Positions 13,775-27,700 of a DNA stretch of 64,000 bases are shown piece by piece; the stretch's first letter is position 1, and every line of letters begins with the position of its first letter. Source of the DNA: Syncephalis fuscata S228 (Eukaryota; Fungi; Zoopagomycota). The notes beneath the pieces are model-generated. The model had not been told where the DNA came from. It worked only from the letters and a program-made list of their open reading frames with translations, and ran no database searches. Both the position numbers and the translations under genes were made by a program. The DNA is taken from positions 1-64,000 of the forward strand of contig JAHLTZ010000058.1 of the NCBI GenBank assembly GCA_025786725.1, in the 5' to 3' direction.

Positions 13775-15179
13775 TCATTTGACTCGTGTCTTTTGAATGT
13801 AAATAATAAATAATGAATAGCTGCTGCTGTATTTAGTATTTGATTATTTAGCTATAAATTAATGTTTGTCGATAATAGCTGTAATTATAAAAAAATAAAT
13901 TATATAAACGCTTAGCTTAATAATTTTACTTATAACTAAAATTGAAATTAGTCAGTTTATTGATAGTGAAAATAGTCTAGCTGTTATTAATTATGAATCT
14001 ACAAGCTAAAATTGAATACAAAATTAAACAAATAAGCTATTGCCAAACTCATTATACTTGAATTTTTGCTTTAACATATTGGTATTAATTATAATTTAAA
14101 TGCTTGGTATTGCTACATGATTCAAAGCAGTGCCAGATACATAAAAGTTAAATAGCAGCTTACAAAAGTATTAAGTCATTAATGCATGTCTATTCAAGTT
14201 AACACGTGAGTTTTATTGAGTCATACTGCATCCAAGTGATCTTCAAGGCGTCGTACAGCCTATTGTCAGCACATTTTGACCCATGAGGAATGTACCATTC
14301 AAAAAATTAATGCCACTGCTTTTAACCTTTAAAACGCTGTTTCTGAATCTAGTTCTGCGCACAAGTAAGCCAGTCCTTAACATGTTTTCAAAGAATATGC
14401 AATAGATACCGATTTTAGTAAGTTTGGGCCATGATTTCGTCAGTAAGCTCGTGTAATTGCAAAATAATAGTGTAAGCTTAGGCATGCGTTTTAAGAACAA
14501 AGAAACTGTTCAAGTTGGATATGAAATTGGTACCACCATACTTTTAAACACCGTCCATGTGAAAATGGGCGCGTTGCACCCGCATAGATGCTATAACATT
14601 GTTGTGCTCTGGGGGGTAAACAACACGGATATCACTCAAAGGCGAGTATGACTGGCAATAGGAAACCAATCAACGCTAACGATACTGCTATTCCAGGTTT
14701 TACCTGTAATGGGGAGTTATATATGTGTAAATGAAAGGAGTTTATTAGGTAAAGGGAGAAACAGAAAGGCAAGGAACAACTAACTATAGGCGTTGTTTTG
14801 GACTTGGAGGAAAGTTGTTTAACGTCACTAACCAGTTTTCGAAATCAGCTTTGCAAATACGTTCCATGCATAGCATACTTTGACTACTTATCAATAGTTT
14901 ATTTCACCACCATTTTGTGTTTTTTATCAAGTATAAACCTTGTATAAATCTAAATAATAAATTGGTTGTTCATATATACATTTTGGCATAACATTATTTA
15001 CGTACAAAAATGCTAACCATTAGTTTCACGATATTGCGTGTGCCGATGTAAGAGGCCTATTATAAAAACCGGTTTCCATTTACATGCATCTTTCTGGAAG
15101 CATGCGATTAGTAACTATATAATGGTGCAATCCAGTCTATTGAGCATGTAACTGTATCGCTTTCTATTCTAATTTCAAC

Positions 15180-17041
15180 ATGTTCCTTTTAAGATTTCAA
15201 CAACTGATTTTATTGATATTTATCTATATATCGGTACGGACTAATAATGCGCAAGCAAAAATTACTCTTTTTGATAGTGTCGGTGACCAAGAAACATTTA
15301 ATTTAACGGATAGTTATTATTATCCGGAATATCAGCAGTATCGCTATGAAGGAATTGCTCTTATGTGGAGCGCCCTTGGTTTTAATGCAACAAACATGGA
15401 ATGTGCTTTTCCGTCAGTTAATGCTTCTGACCCAGCAATCCGAAATATTGCTAAGATTGCATCCAAATACCAAGACTTTACAGTAATTGCAAGCAGATTT
15501 GCATCATATATTAATTGTAATACCGAAGAAGAAGTAAGTGTTTTTATTATTAGAAATGGATATATATATGTGCTGACTGTACTCCAGGGCAGTCGTGCGG
15601 TAAATAACTTGCTTCAGCAATTCTCACGCGCAGGATTTCCACCAGTCAAGCTATTTATTCTATATCCAAATAGGTCGGCATATTTTAGATTGGATTACGA
15701 TTATGTTAGAAGTTACCGTGGAGAGTTACCATTTCAGTTTGCAGAATCAATCACCACTAAAAGAGCAACGATGGAGGAATCTGAATCATTTAGCGAGAAA
15801 ATGAGACATGAAAAATATAAAAGCTTTCATTATACTGCTGAAATAGGTAGGCCATTTAAAATACATATTATATCAATACTAAATTGTTGGTAGAACCCGA
15901 CCAATGGAATGCCGTATTCTTTTCAAATGCATATCTCGCTTACAAATGGATGTACTTTATTATGGTAAATAGTAAAATCAAATATGTATATGTAATTCTT
16001 ATTGTATTGCTATAGGTGTTAGTCGCTTTGTTATATGCGTGTGCTCGTATTATAAGACTGGCAAAATTTAAACTTTTAAAGCGGAATCTACTTTTGGTTG
16101 CGTTTGTTTTTGTTTTTATATACTGCATTTGTAAGTAAATTCAATCCGTCCTAAAACATACAATTTACGATTATGCACTAGTCTTCCTTATACACCTGGG
16201 TGCCCTACAGAAAGCATACATAGGGCTCTTCTGTTCCGACTTGTATATTCTTTTAGCAGGATTACCTTTTGATGTAATACTTTTACATTGGTATGTAATT
16301 GCTGTACATTAATAATATAATGTTTAACATTTTGGTTTTAGGTCATTCATTGGCAAAAATCTATTTTCAAAGATAATGATGATACCTTTTTGGCTTATTA
16401 TTCTCACTGACAGTATAGTAAACATTCTCCGAATTGTATACAATATGTATGTCGTTTATTCGGATTTAAACATTTTTTATACCCCGACATACATGGTACT
16501 TTTTGGCGAAGAGATGCATAGTGCGCTGACATGGATTGCTATTGCAACATTTTCCGTACTTTGTAAGTCGATATAAACTAAATGATCCAATTTAAGCCAA
16601 CATCTATTTGATAGCATTATGGCTGGCATTCATATCCTATAAGCTTAGAAAACACTCCGATGGCTATCGCAAGTTTATAAAGGTAAAATATCTTATAAAT
16701 TTACTTCATTAAACCGTAGTACTTATGCACCTCACTAGTTGGCATGTCTTACTTTGCTGGCCCTTCTCACATATATAGTGTTTCCATTGATAATTTCATA
16801 CTATCCCCCACAAGAGTACCTTTTAAAACCAAATGAAGTGTTTAAGATTGACTTTATGCATGATACTGCTTATATGATCCGTGCGCTCATATTTTTATCA
16901 GCACTTGGTACAAAATGGCCATATTCGCCAAAGTTGACTGAACCAAAAATACGGGAACCACTTGGTGGATTGACAACTATAGGGGAACATTCAACACACT
17001 GGCAATTGACCCGTAAAGTTACAAGGATGCTTAAACGATGA
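15180..17041 (+). CDS. Signal peptide + extracellular domain + ~7-TM receptor-like protein, paralog 2
   Basis: Colinear with paralog 1 (YEGIALMW, FPSVNASDPAIRNIA, AGFPPVKL, EPDQWNAVFFS, IDFMHDTAYMIRALIFL, IREPLGG); same intron positions. Confidence 0.7.
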
Positions 17042-17778
17042 GCATCAGTGTGAACAATGAATTAATTTATGGCTTTCAAATGTAAATAATAAATAAGTAT
17101 AGTTTCTATCATATTCAATCACCAATCTTAGTATTTAGCTTTAGTTATTTAGACTATGTACCATGTTCATCACTGTGCTACAGATATAAAAATATAGGTT
17201 ATATACACGTTTAACGTAATGTTTTATGTATAAACTACAGTTAATGAACTAGCTAGTTTATCAATGGTAAGTTGCGCTAATATATCTAAATCAAATATGA
17301 TTTGATTGCTTAACGATGGTATGTCAATTACTTTATATCAAGCATATATTATCCATGTACTACGAATGTAAAGGTTCGCATATTTTCAAAGGTATCTAAT
17401 CAATTTGACTCGTGGCAACAGAGTTGGTATCATTATAAGGCTGGATATTGCACCATGTAAATCCGGAGGGTTGCAATAGCATGAATATTATAACATGTGT
17501 ATGTCTGTGTTATATTCTGAATAATCAATAGGATATACATTTAAAATAGTACAATAAACGTTTATATGTAAATTTATTGCAGTGTTATTTATCTACAAAA
17601 TTACTAGCTATTAATTCGTCTTAATATTGCCTTAACATCAAGGTAAAAAGCCTGTATTACAAAACCAGTTTATATTTGTATGTAATTTTCCATAAAGGTA
17701 TACGACCATTTACTATATAATAATACAATTTAGCATATTCAAAATGCAGCTTTACTGCTTTCTATTCCGACTTCCAGC

Positions 17779-19370
17779 ATACTTTTTTCAAAATACCAAC
17801 AATTGGTTTTATTGTTTATTTATATATCAATACAAATCAATTATGTTTACGCAGAATTCATTCGTTACAATAATACCAACCAACCAATATCTTATCCTTT
17901 AACTAATTTATATTTGTATCCGGAGTCCTAGCACAATCATTATGAAGGCATCGCCCTTGTATGGAATTCTTTTAATCTTACAGAATCAAACACAAAATGC
18001 TCTTTTTCACCAGTTAATGCGTCCGACCCAACAATTCAAAATACTGCTAAAAGTGCATCTAAATATCCAGAATTTGCATTAATCATAGATATAAATTCTT
18101 CTTATTCCATTTGCAAAGATGATAAACAAGTAAGTGTTTTCACTGTAATATAGATGTACATACTAACTGTACTTTGGCTTAGCCAAGCAATGAATAGTTT
18201 AATTCAGCAGTTATCACATGCAGAATTTTCACAAATCAAGCTGCTTATCCTATTTTTATATATGCAACCATATTCTTTTTTAAATTACAATTATATTAAA
18301 ATTTTTTTGACAATTCACAAAACGGATTTTCTGTATCAAGCTCAATTAGAAGAGCAACAATAAAAGTATCAGAATTTTTCAAGGCAAGAACAACGTTTAA
18401 AAACTACACAAGCTTCCATTATATTGCTGAGACAGGTAAACAACTTGAAACACTTGTTATAACAATACTAAATTGCTAATAGAACCCAATCCATGGAATG
18501 AGATATACTCTTCGGACACATATTTCGTTTACAAGTGGGTATAATTTACCTTGGTAAGTAGCGAGACCAAACATGCACATATAATTTCAACTGTATTGTT
18601 ACAGGTGTTGGGTGCTTTGTTGTATGGATGTACTCGTACTATAATGTTGGCAAGATTTAAGCTGTTGAAACGAAATCTGCTTTTGATTGCATTTGTTATC
18701 GGTTTTATATGCTGCATCTGTAAGTAGATTTAGTATATTCTAGAATATACAACTAATAATCATATACTAGTTTTTCCTATACACTTGGCTGCTTTTCAAA
18801 ACCATATTTATTACCAGTTTCTTTTTAAATTTTACGTTTTTTTATCAGAAACACCTTTTGATATAATACTTTTGCATTGGTATGTAATTCTAAATCTTGA
18901 CTATAAGATGTTTAATACTTAGTTTTAGGTCATTCATTGGTAAAAAGCCATTTTTAAAGATTATGATGATATCCGTTTGGCTCATTATTATTATTGATAC
19001 TGCAGTAAACATTATGCAAATTGCACGTTTAATAGTGCTGATTTGTCAGATTAATTATGGCTTTTTTTCACTGTTTCTCAATATTATTTTAATAAATTTA
19101 TATATATTACGCTGTCATGGGTTGCTATTGCAGCATTCTGTGGATTTGGTAAGTTAATATAAAGCTAAATAATCTAATTTATACTAAAACATATTCAATA
19201 GTAATATGGTTTGGGATCATATGCTACAAACTTAGAAAGCATCCAAATGGCCGCCATAAATTCATAAAGGTAGATTATTTGATAAAGTTGGTGCGTTAAT
19301 CATAATACTTATATATTGAATTAAATGACATGCCTTACTGTATTGGCGCTTTTCACGTATATTACAAATA
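17779..19370 (+). pseudogene. Degenerate third paralog of the 7-TM family
   Basis: Homologous promoter and exons, but the start codon reads ATA (cagcATActtttt), there is an in-frame TAG near 17929, and homology ends near 19365 before the last TM segments. Confidence 0.75.
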
Positions 19371-20542
19371 CGATTAAGTGCCAATTATTGACGTAAATAA
19401 TTAATTGGCCTATATTTTTAAATGTAGATAGCAAATAGTAGTTGTCTTTACTTTATTTAGTCATCAGTATCTCTGCATTTAGTACAAATGGAATGCAGCC
19501 AATTCATTTACCAATACTGCGCAACGATATTTTCTATAGTTTCATAATTTCAAATATTGTTAATGCTGTGCAACAATAGTTTAGTCGATAATACTGTTAC
19601 TGGTGTTACAAAAATTTAGCATTGGAATCTAGCGAACACCAGCATTTTTTGCTTTATTTGTATTACGCACACTGAAACTTGGTGTTCTATTACCCACTTC
19701 AGTTGATAACATTAGCGCATTATGGCAAACTTAATATTAGTCACTTTTAATAGGATGTATGTTACAATATTTGATTTATATACTTGTACAATAATAGTTT
19801 TATATCCAAACAACTGTCTATGTACTAGAAGCTAGCTAAACAGTCATGTCGCGATAGAAAAACTTGAATAATTTATTTAAATAAGTTAGTTGTTTATTTC
19901 TATAGTTATACAGTTTACTCATTAGTCTGTATTACAATCAAACAGAAAGAATAAATTAATTTGGTCGCACATACAATCTTGAAACAAACCACGTTCTAAA
20001 CAATAATTGTATTTGGATTAAAATAACAGCTATGGTCGTGAATAAAAACTATTTCATATTCATTAAGACTAGCAGTCTCTATCATTAACTTAGTGCAGTG
20101 TTACTTATGCAAATAGTAATGGCGTAAACATCAAAGTGCTAATAGTAATATGGTATTGATATTATTAGCAAATGAATTAGCGTAGTGAAATAATAATGAC
20201 CATACAGTTAGCTTATTTAAGTTAAATGCTTGTGTTGCTTATTATTATTAGGATTGTACTATCAATGCCCAATGTTTGGGACTTAACTAATAGCAGTATT
20301 TTTATTGGTATATTACTATCCATACCATATTTAATCCAGCTATTGTTACATTTGTGTAAGATAAAGACACAGTGAGTGGTATTAATTGTGTATTTTAGCA
20401 ATATATAAACCAATAATTATGCCATTAAGCTAAATAGCAATATTTTTATTTAATAAGCTTATTTGATTCTCTGTTACGTATTGCCAACAATTTAAACCGC
20501 AACAAATTACGTCAAATTTCTGTGAAAATAACATCAGAAATC

Positions 20543-21100
20543 ATGATAGCTTGGGCCAGTATTATTTTTGTTGCTATTCTCGGTCTTGGTACAATTGAAA
20601 GTGCACTGGCCCACATGAGCCTAGCGACACCAATTCCGCGTGGCAGCCTCAAAAACACCGGATATCCAGTAGACTACAATCTTCAAGCTCCACTTAATAA
20701 TGTGGCATTTCCTGGTGATTTTCCCTGCCGTCACAGACAACGAGGTCCAATTACGGCAATCTACAACGCTGGCCAGTCCATTTATGTTGATTTTGATATA
20801 AACAATCCACATAAAGGTGGTCATTGCCAATTTGGTCTTTCATACGACAACGAAAATTTTGTGGTGCTAAGGACGATGTTCCGCAATTGCTTTGATGTAT
20901 TCAACTACAACATTCCGATTCCTGCAGGTGCCAGGGGTGGCAATGCCGTATTCAGCTGGAGCTGGATCAATGCTGATGGAAATCGCGAATTTTACATGAA
21001 CTGTGCCGATATTCATATCAATGGGCCGTTGGACGGCAGCGTAACTGGCCAGAGAGTAATGGTTGCCAACATGCCAAACACGCCATTCATTGACCAATAA
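20543..21100 (+). CDS. Secreted AA11-like lytic polysaccharide monooxygenase / chitin-active protein
   Basis: Signal peptide ending ..ESALA followed by His1 (HMSLATPIPRG); FPC, HKGGHCQFGLSYD and VFSWSWINADGNREFYMNCADI are characteristic of AA11-like histidine-brace proteins. The C-terminus may be prematurely stopped. Confidence 0.75.
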   Translation: MIAWASIIFVAILGLGTIESALAHMSLATPIPRGSLKNTGYPVDYNLQAPLNNVAFPGDFPCRHRQRGPITAIYNAGQSIYVDFDINNPHKGGHCQFGLSYDNENFVVLRTMFRNCFDVFNYNIPIPAGARGGNAVFSWSWINADGNREFYMNCADIHINGPLDGSVTGQRVMVANMPNTPFIDQ

Positions 21101-21434
21101 ATCTATGGAAAGGGCACTGATGGTTATGAATATTATAAGCAGTGTCCGGTCATTACTATCCCTTCGAACGCTCAACCGCGTGCTAATGGTCGTGTTAATG
21201 ATCGTTATTAATAAATCTCATTTTGTTATTTACGATTAATGTGATTTTTAAACATACAATATTGCTGATTCAACTATGATGTTTTCAATTGATACATTTC
21301 CATTCTTGTAATTTTTATTAAACTGTGTCCATAATATTAATCACTAATTTCACTTTACTAGTTTACTTTAATAACGACTAGGAAACATCATACCAATATA
21401 TTTGCTTTATTCTAAAACCTTAAATTCAAAAAGC

Positions 21435-23278
21435 CTATTCTTGAGCCAAATCTAAAGGTAAATTCCATTCTGTAAAACACTGACGTCGAACCTCCTCTTG
21501 ATTGGTGCATGGTGGCAATTGACTAAAATATGGCCAGTATTAACCTTCAACTAGCACTCGCATGCTATTATTACTTACGGATTTTTGATATAACGCAGTA
21601 TTTGTTTTAATGCAGTTGTCTGACGGCAAGCAAGTCTATAGAATGATGAAGCATTAATAAAATAGCATACATGTCAGTCAACCTGCCTTTGATTGCAATC
21701 TTTTAACCAGTTAATAAAAGCACCATCATTCTTTACCACACTCGTGTTTAGTATACTCTGCAGTTTCACTGTTGAATTTGGATCTTTAGAAATATCCTCA
21801 AGCATACGGTTATTTGAGTAAGTTTCTCTATAATTGTGGAGCTCGTTGTTGAAAATTGATGCCTATAACATATCTAGCACTTTTATTAGCTGATTAGTCA
21901 TGACAGAACAAATAGCTTACCGTTCTGCGTTGGCTGGTCGGCTACAAACAGGTTTAACAATGTGAATTTTTTCAAACGACTGGTAAAGTACATATAATAA
22001 TTCAACCGTGCATGGATGATGCAAATCAAAGAACTTGCAAACAAACGTGCCACCAACGCGTAACACTCGAAGCATGACGTTAATTTCATTTAAAATCAAA
22101 TGCAATGATAACGTCTCTTGTTCTTGCTCTTTTCCAGTGACATCAAATGCCTATTAAGTATCACAGAAAAACTGTTTGTTAATAGCACTTCATTATTTGC
22201 CGTAAAACAACTTACACCATCAGCCACTACTATATCCACGCCTTGTTGATTTGTCTCGTTGAATACCACATTGGCAAAATGATCAGATATCTGCTGATTG
22301 CACAAATCACCTAGTGTAAATAAAGTTAGTACACAATAATTATAAGTACATCTGCATATATAACAATTACCAGTATCATTAGGACTTTTGCCATAAATAA
22401 TAGTAAGATTCTGACGTGCAAGTGCATCGGCATGAAATTGATCCAAGTTAAAGTCTTTCTCTTCTCCGGCTCCTGATGCTGCACTCAGCGTAATCGCCCA
22501 TCCCTTTGCCTCCTCTCCCCAGGTATGACGACGCCATAACATATATTCTACCAATAATTAATGATTTGTGTTCTTTGTTAAATGTTTTGTTTATAAATAC
22601 CGGAAAATCCACCTGGACCACCTCCCAAGTCAGCAAATGTCAATATCTATTCCATCAATAATATTAAAAGTTTAGTTTGTAGCTGTGTAATTTTAACAAC
22701 TAATCACCACTTACTTTATTTTTGGATGACGTGGCTATTAGTGAAAACATCGTATCAATGTTGGCCAGTTTCACGGCACCTCGATTCATGAAAATACTTC
22801 TTCCAAGACTTTCATGAGGATTCGATCGGCTACGCGCCGTACTTAGCTTCTCATAGTCCACAAACGATAACATGGACTATATGTGCATTAATATGTCAGT
22901 TTTGTTAGATTATTTAATCAACTAAACTTACTTTTAAATCATTGACTTCTGATGAATCGTCTCCAGTATAAATATTGTATAAATCAGCCGGTGTCTCATT
23001 CTATATCAATTTATCAATTAAAATTACACAAATACAACTAGCTTACCATTTCTGATAATTGGGCATTAAAGGATTCTGATGAAAGTATATTTTCACTGGA
23101 GGATGACAGAGTAAATACAATAGATTCATTTGTTGCTGGAGTAGTATTGGTGTTGCTGTATCCGATTGGCCTGTTGCTTCGCTAGGCTAATTTGATATTG
23201 CTCTTCGGCAACCTGGGCTTCGTGACGGTATTGTCTATCATGGATATGGATACCTGGTGGAGGAACAGGCGAATACAT
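21435..23278 (-). CDS. Cap-specific mRNA (nucleoside-2'-O)-methyltransferase, CMTR-like (FtsJ/RrmJ fold)
   Basis: Spliced motifs FMNRGAVKLANID, FADLGGGPGGFS, IVVADG, GGTFVCKFFD and VKPVCSRPANAERY (K-D-K-E tetrad context); many short introns. Confidence 0.85.
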
Positions 23279-23606
23279 AGTGTATTTTTGTATTCAATAT
23301 CGTCGTCTATATACAACAATAAACAGCTTGTTTAATTCGTCAAATATAACATTCCAGTATTCCAAGTTTACCTGTATATGGATTCATACTGGTATTCAAT
23401 TGTTATTGTATTTATGATTACGCAAATACAAGAGGTAGTGGTAGTAGTGGTAGTAGTGGTAGTAGTAGTGACGCGACAGATATGTCAAAGCTGCAATTTT
23501 ATTTTATCTAGTTATAATACTAAATATGTGCTACTTATTCAAGTAATAATAATACGCCACATTATTTAGTATTTTTTTATTAAAAGCTCTTTCTTTAATT
23601 TGTATA

Positions 23607-24542
23607 ATGCAAAGTCGGCGTGATTCTCGACAACTTTTAGCTTTTGGAATCTATATACCATCTCAACAATTCTTTATTCTGCATGTCCAAAATGTTACTC
23701 TAGTCTAAAAGCCGCCAAACAAATAGCGTCTTTGAATAATCGCGGCGAAGAGGCGTATATTTGTTGTAAATGCAAGTGCACTATCAGTGCATCGTCAATA
23801 GAATATCGAGGTCTGCTTCGGGTTATAGTAAGCATTGAACAGCAGTTATATCTAGGTAAATAGGCAAATGTGCTACTATTTATAAATAGCAAGTGATTAA
23901 CAGTATGATATACTACTTAGTGGCCGTATTTAATCACTGGTCAGAAGAGTTAATTGACATGGAAACATCATTATTGGCTAAAACATTAACAGATCCTGCA
24001 TCAAAAGCCAAAATACCATTAAATATATCATCGATGCAGCTCAACAACTGCGCCATCGTTTACAACAAGCAATTGTTGGCAAATGGCTTATATTTAGTGC
24101 TAATATACCACGTCAATTTGTTCCAACAAATGAACTGACTGCTGATAACTGCACTTTTCTTCGTTTATCCTTGCATAGTATACCTACTAGCGGCTATCCT
24201 TTTCGTCCTTTGAATCAATTACCAATGGTAAAACTACCGTCATTCAAGTGGGTTGCCGCGTCAACCAAACAGCTATCAAAGAAATCAGCAAAACAGAAGA
24301 ATTTGACACTAAATAAGCCACCATTGCCGTTTTGTATAGCACTTTCTGCAGATCATTTACAACGACAAAACACCAAACGATACACGAGTGTCAATGCGTC
24401 TATTTTATCCTATATGACTGCACTACCTACACGGCCTTATGCAAAACAAGAGACAACCGCAGAAGATATCGCCCAAGTGACTGAAATGGTAGATTATCTA
24501 AGTCTTTTAAATCCTGACGATACATTTTGGAAAGAGTATTAG
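23607..24542 (+). CDS. Putative OB-fold/zinc-ribbon protein (RPA70-C/DDIAS-like N-terminus)
   Basis: YSACPKCYSSL...YICCKCKC....IEYR resembles the CxxC-CxxC zinc ribbon of RPA1 DBD-C-type OB folds. Needs a 1-nt insertion near 23674 to join ATG 23607; exon boundaries uncertain. Confidence 0.45.
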
Positions 24543-24769
24543 CTTACAAATTGCAAAATCATTTATTTGTAATCTGTTTTATTATATGGCAATGTAAATA
24601 ATGTAAAAGATTAAAATGTTTTATCAATAAATTAAATCCAATGATATTTGCTTGTACATAATAGACATCGACACTAATGACATTAATAATAATAATCAAT
24701 TAAATCATCGTAATTAAATGATTGTGTATTTAAAGGATAAACAAGATAGTAGTAATACAAAAGGCCAGA

Positions 24770-27700
24770 TTACAATTCAGCGGCCTGTAATTGTTCCATT
24801 TTACTCAGTTCCTGAGGTGATAGCTTTAATAGCATGCCCAGAACAGGTATCAATTGTTGCTATATAACATTGTTAGTATAGTCTATTATTCAATGTATTC
24901 AACTTACTCTTTGTCCACGAAACTCAACGAACTTTAACACAACATGTCTTAAATATTCAAGATTGACCGCTTCACCTAAATGTTGATCCATAGAGCCACG
25001 TGGTTCTGATGGTGAACGTACTTTCATCGGACTGGTGGGTAGACTAGGTACAGGTGATGGTGTTCCTCGTTGGCCGAGTAATGATGGTTCTGTTGGATGT
25101 TGCTGCTCAATACGTCGTTGCATTCGACGTATTTCATCCTTTAATGTCTATCAATAAGTGTAAATAATGATTAATTTTACAAATACCATTATTATTATGG
25201 TTTATTACTTACTTTGTTAAGCGTTCGTAAGTGACTTTCACGTAAAACACCAGCTTCCAATTGATCGTCCAATTGTGTCTTTTCCTCTTCTAAAGTAGCT
25301 ATGCGATTCCGCTCTTGGGTTAACTGTGTAGACATATCTTCTTGTTGCTGTTTGAGCTGTGCTACATGTTCAGTGATTGTCGTCAATTTGTCTAATGTCG
25401 TTGTATGTTCAGATTGTATACGCGACAGCTCTTCCTTTGAACTAGCCAAGGCAGTAGCAATTTCATCGCGTTCCTTAACTGCTGCTTGCAACTGTCGTTC
25501 CATTGTTTGGCGCAATACTTCATTTTCTGCACGAATACCATCCATTTCCTTGGCCAGTGCTACTGTACGGTCTTCACGTCGTTTTAACTCCCGTTCTAGA
25601 CGTGTCTCCGTTGATCGATAGTCTGTTTCGAGTTCGGCCAAGTTTGCTTTAATACCATCACATTCGTTCGATTTTTGACTAAATAGCTGTCGCGATGTAT
25701 TAAGCTCCTCTTCTAATACCTCTACACGCTTCAGTTGTTGTTTCTGCTGCTGTTCTGCCGTGTCAAATCTTGATTGAAGCTGCTTCAATGCTGTTTGTAA
25801 CGATTCACATTCAGCTTGCTTCATTTGTAATGCATCGGCTGATTGCGTTTCCTTTTCCTCCAGCTTCTTATAAGCTTCCATTAATTCATCAGCGCTGGCT
25901 TTTAACTTTGTAAATTCTTCCGAATCTGTCTTGGACTGTGCAGCCGCACATTCAGTTTCTTTTTCTAAGCGTTTAATAGTAGCCGATCGATCTTCAATCG
26001 TTTGAGCGTGCTCGTCTCGTTCTTGCTGTAACTTTTCAATCTGACGACGACATCCCTTAAGTGATTCGACTAGCTTGTTAATCTTATCGTCTTGCATGGT
26101 TGCTGCTTCTTTGAGATTGGTTATTTCAGTGTCACGCTCCTTTGCAAGTGTACCACCAGTCTTTATTTCTGTTTCCAGCTCTAAAATACGTTTCTGTCTC
26201 ACTTTAATATCCTTATGGGCATTATCCAGCGAGATGTTTGTATCTTCAGCTCTTTTACGCAATTTTTCATGATCTTTAGTTATTTTCTCGTAAAGCTCAC
26301 GTTGGTGCGTTGCTTCTTTCTTGGCTGTTTCCAGCTCTTGACATATGCTATCAGACTCTTTCTTCAATGTAGCAAGCTGCTCATTTGCCTGTTCCAAGTC
26401 ACTCTTTGCCTGTTCCATAGCTTCCTGTGCTTGCGCAAGTTCCACTGTTAGTTGTTCAACCTTTTCATTGTTAGAAGTAACCGCCTGCAGTTCTTCTTTA
26501 TGTTTTAAAGCACGCTCATCCAATTCCCTTGTTAATTCATCAACGCGTGTTTGTACTTCATCACGTGCTGCCGCTACATCCTTCAACTGTGCTTCTAACT
26601 CAGTAACACGAGACGTAGCATTCTCGATTGCAGCTTTTTTATCTGTTTTCTGCGACTGTTGTTCTTGTCGTAAATCGGCTATAGTTTTTTCAGATACTTC
26701 TAATTTGCGTTTAATATCATTAAGTTCACGTCGCATCTTCTTGGCTGCTGCTTTGCCGCCTCCAGTAGCTCCAGTTGCATTACTGCTGTCATTTAAGTCT
26801 TTTTCCAATGCTTCTATAGATGCTTTTAAGACAGCTATCTCGGCAAGCTTATCCTTTTCCAGCTTTTCCATCTCAGCTTGTAATCCATCTTTATCCGTTT
26901 TTGTACGATCAAGTTCATCAGTTAATTTGTCAATTTTAGTGGACAATGTTGCCGTCTCGTCAGTTTTAGTTGCTTCATCTAATGCAGTAGAAAGGGAACT
27001 ACAGCGTTCTTTTAATTCAAGTAACTCTGCTTCTTTATCGTTAAGCTCTGTCACCTTTTGTTTCAAAGGTGCTACTAGTAATGCTTGAATTTGATCTTGA
27101 ACTTGTAACGTTTGTTCCACTAATGTATCAATCAATTCTATGGTTGATAATGAATCTACATGGGAATTATCGGTATTAACTTCTTCTTTTCCTTTTTCTT
27201 CTTCTTCATCGACATTAGAACCAAGCTTTTGTATCGTTTGATATACTGTTACAAGTTGTTTTTGTACGGTATCTGTTTGTTCAATGTTATGCTGCTTCAC
27301 CACTTCAAATTGCTCAGTCAACTCTTTAAGCTGTTGTTTATACTGCTCAGTCTGCGTATTTAATTCCTCGCAGCGTGTATTAACCTGTTCCAATTTATTG
27401 ACCTGTTCTTTCCATTGTGTCGTTTCATTAGTCAATTCATCGTTGCATGTCTTTAATGAATTCATTTCATCCTCACGCTTTGAAATGGACGCACGAGCTT
27501 CAGCAAGATCCTTTTCTAATGTCGCTAGTTATTCATAATTAATTACAATTGTTATTGTTGCTATTATTATTTATATACTGCTACCTACTTTGTGTAGCAA
27601 CAGAGCTTTTAATTTCTTTACTTGAGAGCGCAATTCAGTATTCTCCTTTTCTAATCGATTTAACTTCTCTGTTGTTGCCACACTAATTTCCTTTGATTTA

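Noticed and set aside
14200-14870. GC-richer segment between 7-TM paralogs 1 and 2 with a stop-ridden minus-strand frame (KHVKDWLTCAQ), possibly a transposon relic
   Set aside because: No terminal repeats, TSD or convincing catalytic motif recognised.
25301-27538. Several + strand ORFs of up to 247 aa
   Set aside because: Antisense shadows of the coiled-coil golgin coding sequence.
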